Counted from the first letter of the stretch, positions 45,964-56,056 are shown. The stretch is 64,000 nt of DNA from Candidatus Woesearchaeota archaeon (GCA_964534185.1 CAZHOH010000004.1:17438-81437), one strand, 5' to 3'. Notes: generated by a model from the sequence alone, not told the origin. Translations and numbers: made by a program.

Positions 45964-46704
45964 ATGAGTGAAGGAAATCAAGAAAGTCAAGGTGAAGGTT
46001 TTACAGTTAAGAAGCTTACACTTTGGAAAGGTCTAACAGGACTTTTTGCTGTGCTCTTTGTTGTCTCGTTGATGACTGGAGGATTTAATTTGTCTGGTAG
46101 TGGTACTGGTGCTGTTGTTGCAGATGCTGGAAATAATCCTAATCCCCCTGCTGTTAATGGCAATACTGAAGTTTCTATTAGCGATGATGACCCTATTTTA
46201 GGTGATAAAGATGCCGAGATATCAATTGTAGAGTTTTCTGATTTTCAGTGTCCGTTCTGTGAAAGGGCTTATTCAGGGGCTTTGGCTCAGTTTAAGCAGA
46301 GTGATTATTTTGAGAATGGCGAAGTGAATCTGGTTTACAAGCACTTTCCTTTAAGGAGTATTCATCCTGATGCTCAAAAGGCAGGAGAAGCTGCTGAGTG
46401 TGCAAGGAGACAAGGAAAGTTTTGGGAATACCATGATACTTTATTTGAGAATCAGAGAGCATTAGATGGTGCAAGTTTGAAGTCTTATGCTTCGCAGTTA
46501 GGACTTGATACATCTAAATTTAATTCATGTCTTGACAATGGAGAGGCAACTGCAAAAGTTAATGCAGATTTAGATGAAGCAACTGCAGCAGGTGGTAGAG
46601 GAACTCCATACTTTGTTTTGATAAACAGTGATGGAGAGACTCAGACAGTTTCAGGAGCTGTTCCTTGGAGCAACTTTGAATCTGCAATAAAGGCTTTGCA
46701 ATAA
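45964..46704 (+). CDS. dsbA: DsbA family thiol-disulfide oxidoreductase
   Basis: EFSDFQCPFC, HFPL..IHP.A, GTP; GGAGG RBS before MSEG. Confidence 0.92.
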   Translation: MSEGNQESQGEGFTVKKLTLWKGLTGLFAVLFVVSLMTGGFNLSGSGTGAVVADAGNNPNPPAVNGNTEVSISDDDPILGDKDAEISIVEFSDFQCPFCERAYSGALAQFKQSDYFENGEVNLVYKHFPLRSIHPDAQKAGEAAECARRQGKFWEYHDTLFENQRALDGASLKSYASQLGLDTSKFNSCLDNGEATAKVNADLDEATAAGGRGTPYFVLINSDGETQTVSGAVPWSNFESAIKALQ

Positions 46705-46748
46705 TTTTGTTTTTTTTATTTTTGCTTCCTTTATTTTTTTAAAATGGA

Positions 46749-47261
46749 ATGTTTAAAATGGAATGGGAAAATCGTAAGAAGAAAATAAAGAAGGCGCTTC
46801 TTGAAAAGCCGTATGTTTTTATTTTTTTAATTGTGTTTATAGGCTATCTTGGTTTGAATGCATGGATTAATGACTTTGAGGTTACTTCAGGTGTTTTATT
46901 TACTAATTATTATACCGGTTTTATTGTGCCTTTTTTGATTTTGATGGTTTTGGTTGGGGGTTTGACTGCTTTGACTGTTAATCTTGTATTGGTTAAATAT
47001 GTTGAGTTGAAAATGTTGGCAGGTGTGAGTGGTTTTGCAGGGGTAGGGGTTTTTGTTGGTTTGTTGGGAGGAGCGTGTCCGGGGTGTTTTGCTGGATTGT
47101 TTCCTGCTTTTGTTGGTTTATTTGGAGTGAGTGCAACACTTGGAAATCTTCCTTTGTATGGTTTGGAGATTCAGATTTTATCGATAGGTTTATTAATGAT
47201 TTCTGTATTTTTTTTAACAAGCGAAACTAAATGTAAGGTGAAATATAAGAAAAATGGCTGA
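46749..47261 (+). CDS. Membrane protein with CPGC motif
   Basis: TM helices, GACPGC; within the Dsb cluster. Confidence 0.7.
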   Translation: MFKMEWENRKKKIKKALLEKPYVFIFLIVFIGYLGLNAWINDFEVTSGVLFTNYYTGFIVPFLILMVLVGGLTALTVNLVLVKYVELKMLAGVSGFAGVGVFVGLLGGACPGCFAGLFPAFVGLFGVSATLGNLPLYGLEIQILSIGLLMISVFFLTSETKCKVKYKKNG

Positions 47262-47736
47262 GTTTAAATGTGTTGAATGTGAGAAAGAGTTTTTATCTAA
47301 GGATGCTTTGGATATGCATAATAATTCAAAACATTATACTGCTCCTAAGTTTAATTTTGATAAACGGAAAGTTCGAAATTGGGGAATTTTTGTTTTCATT
47401 GTTATTGTGATTATTTCTGGAGGTTATGCTATGACTGTTGTTGATTTAGAAGGAGAGCATGATGAATTTGCGCAGTGTATGACTGAAGCTGGTGTGAAAA
47501 TGTATGGGGCTTATTGGTGTTCAAATTGTGCTACTCAGAAAAACATGTTTGGAAGGAGCTGGGAGCATGTTGAGCATATTGAATGTGCTTTTCCTAATAA
47601 TGCTCAAGGGCAGAAACAGATTTGTGTGGATGAAAGTATTGAGGCTTATCCGACTTGGGAGTTTTCAGATGGTTCTCGGGTTGAAGGTGTTATAAGTCTT
47701 GAGAGACTTTCTGTATTAAGTGGCTGTGAATTGTAA
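47254..47736 (+). CDS. C2H2 zinc finger + TM + thioredoxin-like domain
   Basis: CVEC...H...H; MYGAYWCSNC...QK..FG, YPTW. Confidence 0.85.
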   Translation: MAEFKCVECEKEFLSKDALDMHNNSKHYTAPKFNFDKRKVRNWGIFVFIVIVIISGGYAMTVVDLEGEHDEFAQCMTEAGVKMYGAYWCSNCATQKNMFGRSWEHVEHIECAFPNNAQGQKQICVDESIEAYPTWEFSDGSRVEGVISLERLSVLSGCEL

Positions 47737-47737
47737 G

Positions 47738-48298
47738 ATGGAAGAGTTTATCAATAATGTTGTGGGGCTTGGAGTTTTTTTAATGCAAATTGCTTTTTTA
47801 GTTGGGGTTGGGGTTTTTATTTATGTTAAGAAAACTGGGAAGGTTGTTCCTTCTTATTTTAGATGGGTTTGGTATTTTGTAAAGGATAATTCTCTTTTAT
47901 TGGCTTTGGTTATTGTTACAGGAAGTACTATTGGAAGTTTATATTATTCTTATGGTTTGGGATATGCGTCTTGTGATTTGTGCTGGTTTCAGAGGGCTAT
48001 GATTTATCCCCAGGTTGTTATTTTGGGTGTTGCATTTTTGAAAAAGAATAAAGAAATTTTTGATTATGTTATTGGGTTGAATGTTGTTGGATTTATTATT
48101 GGGGCTTATCAGTATTATTTTCAAATGTTTGGTAATGCAGAAGCTTGCCCTATTGGAGAGGTTTCTTGCTTTTCGATTTATGTTCTTGAAATGAATTATA
48201 TTACAATTCCGATGATGTCGCTGAGTGTTTTTGTTTTGGTAGGGGTTTTAACTTATATCTGGAAGTATTATGATGAAGAGAATCCGAGGATTGAATAG
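47738..48298 (+). CDS. dsbB: Disulfide bond formation protein DsbB/BdbC
   Basis: GSLYYS, CDLCWFQR..IYP, second Cys pair, ITIPMMSL. Confidence 0.9.
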   Translation: MEEFINNVVGLGVFLMQIAFLVGVGVFIYVKKTGKVVPSYFRWVWYFVKDNSLLLALVIVTGSTIGSLYYSYGLGYASCDLCWFQRAMIYPQVVILGVAFLKKNKEIFDYVIGLNVVGFIIGAYQYYFQMFGNAEACPIGEVSCFSIYVLEMNYITIPMMSLSVFVLVGVLTYIWKYYDEENPRIE

Positions 48299-48332
48299 TT
48301 AGTTTTAAATATAGTATGATTTCTTTAGGAAT

Positions 48333-49049
48333 ATGGACGGAACTTATTCGCCCCAGGATTTGAGAAGATTGTTTAGGGGAGTTAGAGCTGGAAAATCCTT
48401 ATTAGATTTAGCAGTAGCTCTTGGGCGTAGTGAAATTGGGGTTGGAGCTCATCTTGAAAAACTTTCCAGACAATCTCTTTATTGGCAATCTGTAGGGGCT
48501 GGGCGAGTATTAAAAGAATATGGCAGTTTGAAATGGAGAAGACCTCGAGATAGTTCTGAAAAAGTTGAAAAAAGTAGAGAAGAAGTCAGCAAATATTTGA
48601 GAGAACATCCTAGTGCGACTGTTAAAGATTTAGAAGAGGCTGGTTTAAGCTATCATTTGTCTGTTGGATATGATAATCGGCTTAATGATGCCCGGAGAGA
48701 AGTTGGAATTGAGGAATCTCCTAAGGGAAAACAGCCTCTAAAGAGTAGAAGAGAGTATAGAGAAGATGCTTTGGATTTTATTAGGGATAATCCTGATGCA
48801 ATATTTGAAGATGTTAAAAATGTTGGCTATTATTCTGATTTATGGTGCGAGGGTGAAAGTATAACGCAACTTAGAATTGATGCAGGAGTTATTCCTGAAG
48901 ATTCTATTAAAGCTGTAGAAGCAGCGCAGATTTTGGGAGTGAGCAAGACAACAATAACTAATAGAATAAAAGCAGGAAAACTTTCAGGATTTAAAAGAGG
49001 TGTTAATCTTTACCTTTCACGTTCAGAAGTTGAAAAATATTCCCGATAG
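48333..49049 (+). CDS. Multi-HTH DNA-binding protein with C-terminal excisionase-like HTH
   Basis: EAAQILGVSKTTITNRIKAGKL; N-terminal HTH; two internal ~50-aa repeats. Confidence 0.7.
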   Translation: MDGTYSPQDLRRLFRGVRAGKSLLDLAVALGRSEIGVGAHLEKLSRQSLYWQSVGAGRVLKEYGSLKWRRPRDSSEKVEKSREEVSKYLREHPSATVKDLEEAGLSYHLSVGYDNRLNDARREVGIEESPKGKQPLKSRREYREDALDFIRDNPDAIFEDVKNVGYYSDLWCEGESITQLRIDAGVIPEDSIKAVEAAQILGVSKTTITNRIKAGKLSGFKRGVNLYLSRSEVEKYSR

Positions 49050-49315
49050 TTTTACAATTATTTACACTTTTATCTTCTTTATCTATGTATTCTCCTTTTA
49101 ATCTTGGTAATCTTATAGGTACTCTCTCTATTGGTTTCTCCCAAACTACTTTTCTTTGATCTTCTTTGGCTCCCAATCCTTATTGTAATTATTACTACTG
49201 CTAATGCTTGTCCTACTAATTTTGGTTCCACCACTTATCTTATTCGTGGATATCTTTAAACTTTCTGGAATTTCGCAAAATCTTTAATAGTTAATTATAT
49301 AAATCTAAAAGACTA

Positions 49316-49519
49316 ATGACAATTATGACATCAGTAATTGTTCCTACAGATAAATTGGACAAAGTTCTTAGAGATATGGAAATGTTGGTAGAAGATGTAG
49401 CTTTGCTTATGAATCAGGAAGAAGTAGTCAAGAAGAGGATTTCAGATATTAAAGTTAATCCTTCAATTGCACTTTCTGAAAAAGAGCTTGAGGATTACAT
49501 TCATAAAAGAGGATTGTAA
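49316..49519 (+). CDS. Putative antitoxin
   Basis: Small ORF directly upstream of the RelE-like gene. Confidence 0.6.
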   Translation: MTIMTSVIVPTDKLDKVLRDMEMLVEDVALLMNQEEVVKKRISDIKVNPSIALSEKELEDYIHKRGL

Positions 49520-49521
49520 AA

Positions 49522-49830
49522 TTGGAATGGGTGATTAAATTACATCCCGATTTTTTGAAAGATTTAGATAAATTAGACAATAAAAATTTAGAAATATTTT
49601 ATAAGAAAAAAGCAAAAATTAAAAAGAATCCTTTAAGGTTGAAGCATTTAAGCGGAGGAGAAAATTGTTATAGAGAAGAAATAACTCAGAACATAAGATT
49701 AGTTTATTATATTGAAGGAAATATCATTTGGTTTCTTACAGTTGGAAAGCATGATAAATCTTATAATGAATATTTGATTAGATTGCGCAATCTTAGACAA
49801 AAATTAAATAAGGGAGATTTTTATGAATAA
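49522..49830 (+). CDS. RelE/ParE-like toxin
   Basis: FLKDLDKL, NP...KHL.G, RLVY.I, VGKHD. Confidence 0.8.
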   Translation: MEWVIKLHPDFLKDLDKLDNKNLEIFYKKKAKIKKNPLRLKHLSGGENCYREEITQNIRLVYYIEGNIIWFLTVGKHDKSYNEYLIRLRNLRQKLNKGDFYE

Positions 49831-50122
49831 AGAGGAAATTTATTTTAGGTTGAAACAAGTTCCTAAAGGCAAAGTTATTACTTATCGTGATTTGGCGAGG
49901 AGTTTTGGTTCTCGGGCAGCGCGTTTTATTGGAAAGTGCATGAAAGAAAATTCGAATCCTGATGATGTGCCGTGTTTTAAAGTTATTCGGAGTGATGGTT
50001 TTGTGGGGGAGTATTCTGGTGGGGGGCGGGATGAGAAAGTTAGGCGGCTTCGAGCGGAGGGGATTGGGGTTGTTGAGGGGCGGGTGGATTTGGGGCGGTT
50101 TGGATTTAAGTTCAGGATATAA
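49823..50122 (+). CDS. ogt: Methylated-DNA--protein-cysteine methyltransferase (MGMT)
   Basis: VPKGKVITYRDLA, AARFIG, VPCFKV (PCHRV-like), L..EG. Confidence 0.88.
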   Translation: MNKEEIYFRLKQVPKGKVITYRDLARSFGSRAARFIGKCMKENSNPDDVPCFKVIRSDGFVGEYSGGGRDEKVRRLRAEGIGVVEGRVDLGRFGFKFRI

Positions 50123-50154
50123 ATCTTTAAATAATCTGGATTGATAGTTTTGAT

Positions 50155-50511
50155 ATGGTAAAAGAAGTTGGACGTTCTGAAAGAGAAATTGCAAATGAAA
50201 GTTTTGTTGATAGATTGGAAACAATTGCTAGAGAGACGTTTCCAAATGTTGATGTCAGTAAATCGTCATTTTATCTTCATGTTCCTTTTGATATTGAAGG
50301 TGTTAGACATTTCCTTCAAGTTTCTACCTTAGGTCTTCCTGGTCGTCCTCAATATGAAATCTATGTTCCTGAACCCGGATTGATGGATGCTGCTTATAAA
50401 TTAGCAGAAGCTTATGAAAACGATTCTGAAGTAAGAGAGAGGATGGCTAGGGAAGGTGTTACAGATATTATTGTCAAAAGAAATTATCCTGATAGAGTTT
50501 CAATTCAGTAA
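50155..50511 (+). CDS. Hypothetical protein
   Basis: ORF with TATA. Confidence 0.5.
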   Translation: MVKEVGRSEREIANESFVDRLETIARETFPNVDVSKSSFYLHVPFDIEGVRHFLQVSTLGLPGRPQYEIYVPEPGLMDAAYKLAEAYENDSEVRERMAREGVTDIIVKRNYPDRVSIQ

Positions 50512-50517
50512 AATTAA

Positions 50518-51255
50518 TTAATCTTGTTCTACCCATCCATATCCTTTTTCTTCTAATTGATTTACAAGTTCTGCTGTTCCTTCTTGGGCAATTTTTCCAT
50601 TTATGATTATTGAAAGTTTGTCCGGGTTTATGTATTCGAGTATTCTTTTGTAGTGAGTTATGATTAGTATTGCTTTGTCTTTTGACATGATTTTGTTTAT
50701 TCCGTTTGCGACAATTCTTAATGAGTCGATATCAAGTCCTGAGTCTGTTTCGTCGAGGATTATTAATTCTGGATTGAGGACTGCCATTTGCAATATTTCT
50801 GATTTCTTTTTTTCTCCGCCTGAGAATCCTTGGTTAAGATAACGCTGTGCAAATGATTCTGGGAGTCCTAGAAGGGAGAGTTTTTCGTTTAGTAGTTTTC
50901 TGAATTGGATTAGTGATAAGTCTTCTTGTTTTAAGGAATTTAGCGAGGTTCTAAGGAAGTTTGAAATTGTGACTCCTGAAATTTCTGTTGGATATTGGAA
51001 AGATAGGAAGATTCCTTTTTTTGCTCTTTCATTTGGTTCTATTTCTGTTATGTCTTCGCCTTTGTATAGAATTTGCCCTTTTGTTATTTTGTATTTCGGG
51101 TTTCCTGCTAAAACATTTGCGAGTGTTGATTTTCCTGAGCCGTTTGGACCCATGAGTGCGTGGATTTGTCCTTTTTCGACTTCTAAGTTTAGTCCTTTTA
51201 GGATTTCTTCTCCTTCTATTTCAACATGGAGGTTTTTAATTTCTAGGAGTTTCAT
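50518..51255 (-). CDS. sufC: Fe-S cluster assembly ATPase SufC
   Basis: GPNGSGKST, FSGGEKKK, LDETDSGLDID, ITHY. Confidence 0.96.
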   Translation of the reverse strand: MKLLEIKNLHVEIEGEEILKGLNLEVEKGQIHALMGPNGSGKSTLANVLAGNPKYKITKGQILYKGEDITEIEPNERAKKGIFLSFQYPTEISGVTISNFLRTSLNSLKQEDLSLIQFRKLLNEKLSLLGLPESFAQRYLNQGFSGGEKKKSEILQMAVLNPELIILDETDSGLDIDSLRIVANGINKIMSKDKAILIITHYKRILEYINPDKLSIIINGKIAQEGTAELVNQLEEKGYGWVEQD

Positions 51256-51613
51256 TTTGGATTGCGATTTTTAGCGTTTTGAAACAAAGCAGGGCGCATT
51301 TTAGTCTTGCAGGACTTATTTCTATTTTGAGCATTTCTAAAAGGTCTTCTGGTTTTAGGGCTTTTACTTTTTGTAGGGGCATGTTTTTTATTTTGTCTGT
51401 TAGAATTGAAGTTGAGGCGATGCTTATTGCACATCCGTTTCCTGTGAATTTTACGTCGGTAATTTTGTTGCTTTCTATTTTTAGGTTGATGGTTATTTCG
51501 TCTCCGCATAAAGGATTTAGTTCTTTAGCGCTGTGGGTTGGGTTTTTTAGGTTTCCGAAATTGTGTGGGCGCTTGTATAAATCTATTATTTCTTCTCGGT
51601 AGATGTTGCTCAT
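51236..51613 (-). CDS. sufU: SufU/IscU-type scaffold protein
   Basis: NPLCGD, GCAIS, RLKCAL; start at MSNIY. Confidence 0.92.
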   Translation of the reverse strand: MSNIYREEIIDLYKRPHNFGNLKNPTHSAKELNPLCGDEITINLKIESNKITDVKFTGNGCAISIASTSILTDKIKNMPLQKVKALKPEDLLEMLKIEISPARLKCALLCFKTLKIAIQNETPRN

Positions 51614-52254
51614 TTGAAAACCTCTGCTAAAATTTCGAGTGTTTGGTCCCATTTATAGGGTTTTTTTATTTTATTAGGAGGTATGTCTTTTATCTGCATG
51701 TTGGCTAAGTTTCTTAATATCTGTTCTGATTTTTTTCTTCCTGCATGGACGTATCTTTTTTGAGCTTCCAAATATAAATCTTCAGAAGTCCATGTTCCAA
51801 ATGGCTGGAATGCCTGAAGCATTTGTGCCCTGTCTAAGTAAATTATTGCAGTTAGTTCTCCTATTAGTTCTCTAATTACGTGAGGTTTGACTGCTCCATT
51901 TAGATTTCGGTTATAAAATTCTGGTTGTGTTTTTGAATGGAGGTAATGTCCTAATTCATGCGCCAAGCTGAAAGTTGTTGTCATATTCCAATCTGCTTGT
52001 TCATATTCTCCTCCATTAAGATGATTTTTGCTAGGAGTTTCTAGAACTATTTTTTTATCCTCTATAAAAAAATTGGCTTTTGTGTTCTTAAGTGGCTTAC
52101 CTATTTCTACTCTTAGATTTTTTGGAGGTCTTTGAAGTCCAAAGTATGGATGCATTTCCACTAAAAAATCTCTTTGGAATTTTGGTATTAGAGATTCTAT
52201 AGGGCCTTTTACTAGTGAGTTTATTGTTTCTGTGCTTTGTTTTCTTGGACTCAT
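51610..52254 (-). CDS. HEXXH putative metallopeptidase inside the suf operon
   Basis: LAHELGHYLH plus a downstream Glu; 4-bp overlaps with both neighbours. Confidence 0.65.
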   Translation of the reverse strand: MSPRKQSTETINSLVKGPIESLIPKFQRDFLVEMHPYFGLQRPPKNLRVEIGKPLKNTKANFFIEDKKIVLETPSKNHLNGGEYEQADWNMTTTFSLAHELGHYLHSKTQPEFYNRNLNGAVKPHVIRELIGELTAIIYLDRAQMLQAFQPFGTWTSEDLYLEAQKRYVHAGRKKSEQILRNLANMQIKDIPPNKIKKPYKWDQTLEILAEVFK

Positions 52255-53462
52255 TTGAAAATTTCCTGTGTGTGTTTAAGTGCTTGGATTGTTTTGTCGA
52301 TGTCTTGTTTTGTATTGTAAATTGAAAGTGATATTCTTGCTGTGCCTGCGATTTTTAATTTTGACATTAATGGCATGCAACAGTGATGTCCTGCGCGGAT
52401 GCATATTTTGTAATCGTTTAGTATTTGTGCGACGTCGTGTGGGTGGATGTTTTTTAGGTTGAATGAGATGATTGGTGCTGAATTTTTTGAGCTGTAGATT
52501 GTTATGTCTTTTAATTTTTTTAATTCTTTGATAGTGTATTTTGTTAATGCTTTTTCCTGACGTTCTATGTTTCTTAATCCTATTTGATTTATGAATTTTA
52601 TTGACTGTCCTAGTGCTATTGCGCCTGATATGTTTTGAGTTCCTGCTTCGAATTTTTGAGGAGGGTTTTGGAAAGTTGATTCTTTAAATGAGACTGAGTT
52701 AATCATGTCGCCGCCGAATTTAACTGGAGGGATTTTTTGTAATAGAGAGTATTTTCCGTATAAAACTCCGATTCCTGTTGGTGCAAAGGTTTTGTGTCCT
52801 GAAAATACTAGGAAATCGCATCTGAGTTTTCTTACATCAACTTTTGTTTTTCCGACTGACTGCGCTGCGTCTAGGATTAAGATTGCGTTGTGTTTTTTTG
52901 CTAATTGGGATATTTTTTTTATATTGTTGATTGTTCCTAATGAATTTGAGATATGACAGAGTGAGATGATTGCTGTGTTTTTGTTTATTATTTTTTCTGC
53001 GTGTTTGTAGTCGAGGGTTAAATCTTGTTTTATTTTTATGAATTTTATTTTCATGTTGTGTTTTTTTGCTGCTTCCTGCCATGGGACAATGTTTGAATGA
53101 TGCTCCATTTCTGTTAATATGATTTCTTTTTTGTTTTTGAAAATTTGTGGCAGGGAATTTGTTAAAATATTTAATGAGTCTGTTGTTCCTGATGTGAAGA
53201 TTATTTCTTTTGGTGAAGCGTTTATGAAGTCTGCGATTATTTTTCTTGAGTTTTCGTATTCTTGTGTTGCTTTCTCACTTAAATCGTAAATTCCGCGATG
53301 GATGTTTGCGTTGGTATTTGTATAGAAATTGTTTATTGCGGTTATGGCTTGTTCTGGTTTTTGAGTTGTTGCAGCGTTGTCTAGGTAAATTGTTTCTGGG
53401 TTCTTTTTGAAAAATGGGAAGTTTTGTTTCATTTTTGTTGTTAGTTGTTTATTTTTTAACAT
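52251..53462 (-). CDS. sufS: Cysteine desulfurase SufS
   Basis: YLDNAATTQKP, EHHSN, SGHK, RAGHHC. Confidence 0.96.
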   Translation of the reverse strand: MLKNKQLTTKMKQNFPFFKKNPETIYLDNAATTQKPEQAITAINNFYTNTNANIHRGIYDLSEKATQEYENSRKIIADFINASPKEIIFTSGTTDSLNILTNSLPQIFKNKKEIILTEMEHHSNIVPWQEAAKKHNMKIKFIKIKQDLTLDYKHAEKIINKNTAIISLCHISNSLGTINNIKKISQLAKKHNAILILDAAQSVGKTKVDVRKLRCDFLVFSGHKTFAPTGIGVLYGKYSLLQKIPPVKFGGDMINSVSFKESTFQNPPQKFEAGTQNISGAIALGQSIKFINQIGLRNIERQEKALTKYTIKELKKLKDITIYSSKNSAPIISFNLKNIHPHDVAQILNDYKICIRAGHHCCMPLMSKLKIAGTARISLSIYNTKQDIDKTIQALKHTQEIFK

Positions 53463-54862
53463 ACAGAATTCTCGATTTCAAGTTCTATTAGTCTATTGAG
53501 TTCGACTGCGTATTCAAGAGGAAGTTCTTTTATTATAGGTTCTATGTATCCTGCAACTATCATCTGAGTTGCTTCTTGTTCTGTTAATCCTCGGGACATT
53601 AGATAAAATAGTTGTTCTTCGCCGACTTTTCCAACTGCTGCTTCGTGTGCGACTTTTACGTCGTGTTCGTGGACGTCCATACTTGGGAATGTTAGTGCCT
53701 TGCTTTTGTTGTCAATCATTAATCCGTCGCAGGCAACACTTGATTTTACTCCTTTGCATCCTTTTTTTATTTGAATTAAACCTCTGTATGAACTTATTCC
53801 TCCGTCTTTGCTGATTCCTTTGCTTAAGATGTTTGAGGAAGTGTTTGGGGCGAAGTGGTGGACTTTGCATCCTGTGTCTTGATATTGTCCTTGTCCTGCG
53901 TATGCGATTCCTATGTAGTCTGATTTTGCGTTTTCGCCTACTAAGACTGAGCAAGGGTAGAGCATTGTAATTTTTGAACCCATGTTTCCATTTATCCATT
54001 CAATTATTCCATTTTCTTGAACAACTGCTCTTTTTGTGTTTAAGTTGTAAGTGTTTTTGCTCCAGTTTTCAATGCTTGAGTATCTTGCTCTTGCGTTTTT
54101 CATGACGTGAATTTCTACACATCCAGCGTGGAGTGAGTTTTCAGTGTATTGGGGCGCTGAGCATCCTTCTATGTAATGAATTTCTGCGTTTTCATCTACG
54201 ATGATTAATGTGTGTTCGAATTGTCCACCTTTTTTTGCATTCATTCTGAAGTATGCTTGTAATGGGATGTTTACTTTGACGTTTTTAGGTACGTAAATGA
54301 AAGTTCCACCTGACCATACTGCTGCGTGGAGTGCTGAGAATTTGTGGAGTTTTATTGGGACGCAGTTTGTCATAAAGTATTTTTTTACAAGTTCTGGGTG
54401 TTCCTGAACTGCTTCGTCCATGTCTAAGAATACGACTCCTTTGTCTTCCCATTCTTTTTTTAGGTTGTGGTAGATTGTTTCTGATTCGTATTGTGCACCG
54501 ACTCCGCCTAATGATTTTTTTTCTGCTTCTGGGATTCCTAATTTGTCGTAGGTGTTTCTTATATCTTCTGGGACATCTTCCCATGAATGGGATTTTTTTG
54601 CGTCAGGTCTTAGATAGTAATGGATTTTTGTTAAGTCTAAGTCTGATAGGTCTGGACCCCATGTTGGGATTTTTAGTTCTTTGAATGCTTTTAATCCTAG
54701 AAGACGTTTTTTTAGCATCCATTCTGGTTCGTTTTTGTCTTTTGATATTTGTCTTACTAAGTCTTCTGTGATGCCTTCGTCTGCTTTGAAAATTAGTCTT
54801 TCTTCGTTAAAAGAGTCATAGTTTTCTCTGTTTATTTCTATATTTTGTTCTTGCTGGCTCAT
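53456..54862 (-). CDS. sufB: Fe-S cluster assembly protein SufB
   Basis: LGIPEAE, AQYESE, YIEGCSAP, HEAAVGK, FYLMSRG, ELPLEYA. Confidence 0.96.
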   Translation of the reverse strand: MSQQEQNIEINRENYDSFNEERLIFKADEGITEDLVRQISKDKNEPEWMLKKRLLGLKAFKELKIPTWGPDLSDLDLTKIHYYLRPDAKKSHSWEDVPEDIRNTYDKLGIPEAEKKSLGGVGAQYESETIYHNLKKEWEDKGVVFLDMDEAVQEHPELVKKYFMTNCVPIKLHKFSALHAAVWSGGTFIYVPKNVKVNIPLQAYFRMNAKKGGQFEHTLIIVDENAEIHYIEGCSAPQYTENSLHAGCVEIHVMKNARARYSSIENWSKNTYNLNTKRAVVQENGIIEWINGNMGSKITMLYPCSVLVGENAKSDYIGIAYAGQGQYQDTGCKVHHFAPNTSSNILSKGISKDGGISSYRGLIQIKKGCKGVKSSVACDGLMIDNKSKALTFPSMDVHEHDVKVAHEAAVGKVGEEQLFYLMSRGLTEQEATQMIVAGYIEPIIKELPLEYAVELNRLIELEIENSVC

Positions 54863-54919
54863 GGAAAATTAACTATTGTTAAGTATAAAAGGTTTTTGGG
54901 TTAAAGGTTTTTTATAGGA

Positions 54920-55261
54920 TTAAATTCCGCTACCTTGTTCTTGGTTTGAGTAGTCGGCTTGTATTGTTAAAATTCTTTGAACGTAGTCATGGCTTACTGG
55001 CTGTTTTATTAAGCTTTCTGATGGAAGTTCTAGAGGAATTCGAGATTCTAATCTAAAATTTGATTTTGGATCTCCATTTGAATAAAAAGGTTCTGAAACA
55101 ATGTGGGGCTTTATGTAAGCAGTGCCTTCTTCTATGTTTTCTATTTGCCCTAATAACTCTCCTCCACCCCCTGGAACAATTAATCTGTACCATCCAGTGT
55201 ATTCACTAGGTTTACTGGGGGTATTTCCATTTGTAAATCCAATTTGTCTTCTTCTTTCCAT
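54920..55261 (-). CDS. Hypothetical protein
   Basis: ORF with TATA. Confidence 0.5.
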   Translation of the reverse strand: MERRRQIGFTNGNTPSKPSEYTGWYRLIVPGGGGELLGQIENIEEGTAYIKPHIVSEPFYSNGDPKSNFRLESRIPLELPSESLIKQPVSHDYVQRILTIQADYSNQEQGSGI

Positions 55262-55332
55262 AATTTTTCAAGTTAGAGGGGTTTTATAAAACTTTCGATT
55301 AAGTATTTCTTTCAAGTAGTAACATAATAGAA

Positions 55333-56019
55333 TTAGTCGTATTTTTCAAAATGTATGTTTTCTTTTTGTATGTTGTTTTTTTCTAGGAGGGTTTTTACTT
55401 CATTTACCATTTCTTTTAATCCGCAGATGTAGAATTCAGTTTCAGGATTTAAGTGATTTTTCAATAGTGTTTGGACTCTGCCTTTGTGTCCTTTGAAGTT
55501 TTTTGATGGGCGGCTGATTATTGGCAGGTAGATAAAATTTGCGTGTTTTAGTTGGAGTTCTTTGAATTCTTTGTCATATAGGATTTCGTTTTCGTATCTG
55601 TAGCCTGCTATTAGGATTATTTGTTTTTTGAAATTGTTTTTTAGTAGGTGATTGATTGCTGATTTGAAAGGTGCTACGCCTGTTCCATTTGATATGAAAA
55701 CTGCTGGATTTTCTGGCTGGATTTTGAAATGTCCTAACGGGCCTAGGAGGTTTATTGTGTCTTTGGGCTTTAGGTTTTTTAGTGTTGAGGTGAATATTCC
55801 GTTTTTGACTATTTTGATGCAAAGTTCTAAATCTTGATTTTGTTGGGAGGCGATTGAGTAAGGGCGGATGATTTTTTTATTGTTTGATTCTGAGATTATT
55901 GAAACGTATTGTCCTGGAATAAATTCAAAGTCTTTTGGTGTTTTTAGAACGAGGTTTATTGTATCTTTTGTCAGATTTTGTACTTGTTTTATTTCTGTTT
56001 GAAATTTTTTTGGTTTCAT
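55333..56019 (-). CDS. Ferredoxin--NAD(P)+ reductase-like FAD/NAD oxidoreductase
   Basis: PGQY, RPYSIAS, GPLG, GTGVAPF, YICG, FEKY. Confidence 0.92.
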   Translation of the reverse strand: MKPKKFQTEIKQVQNLTKDTINLVLKTPKDFEFIPGQYVSIISESNNKKIIRPYSIASQQNQDLELCIKIVKNGIFTSTLKNLKPKDTINLLGPLGHFKIQPENPAVFISNGTGVAPFKSAINHLLKNNFKKQIILIAGYRYENEILYDKEFKELQLKHANFIYLPIISRPSKNFKGHKGRVQTLLKNHLNPETEFYICGLKEMVNEVKTLLEKNNIQKENIHFEKYD

Positions 56020-56056
56020 AGATAAGACTTAAATAGTTAACACTCTTAAAGATTTT

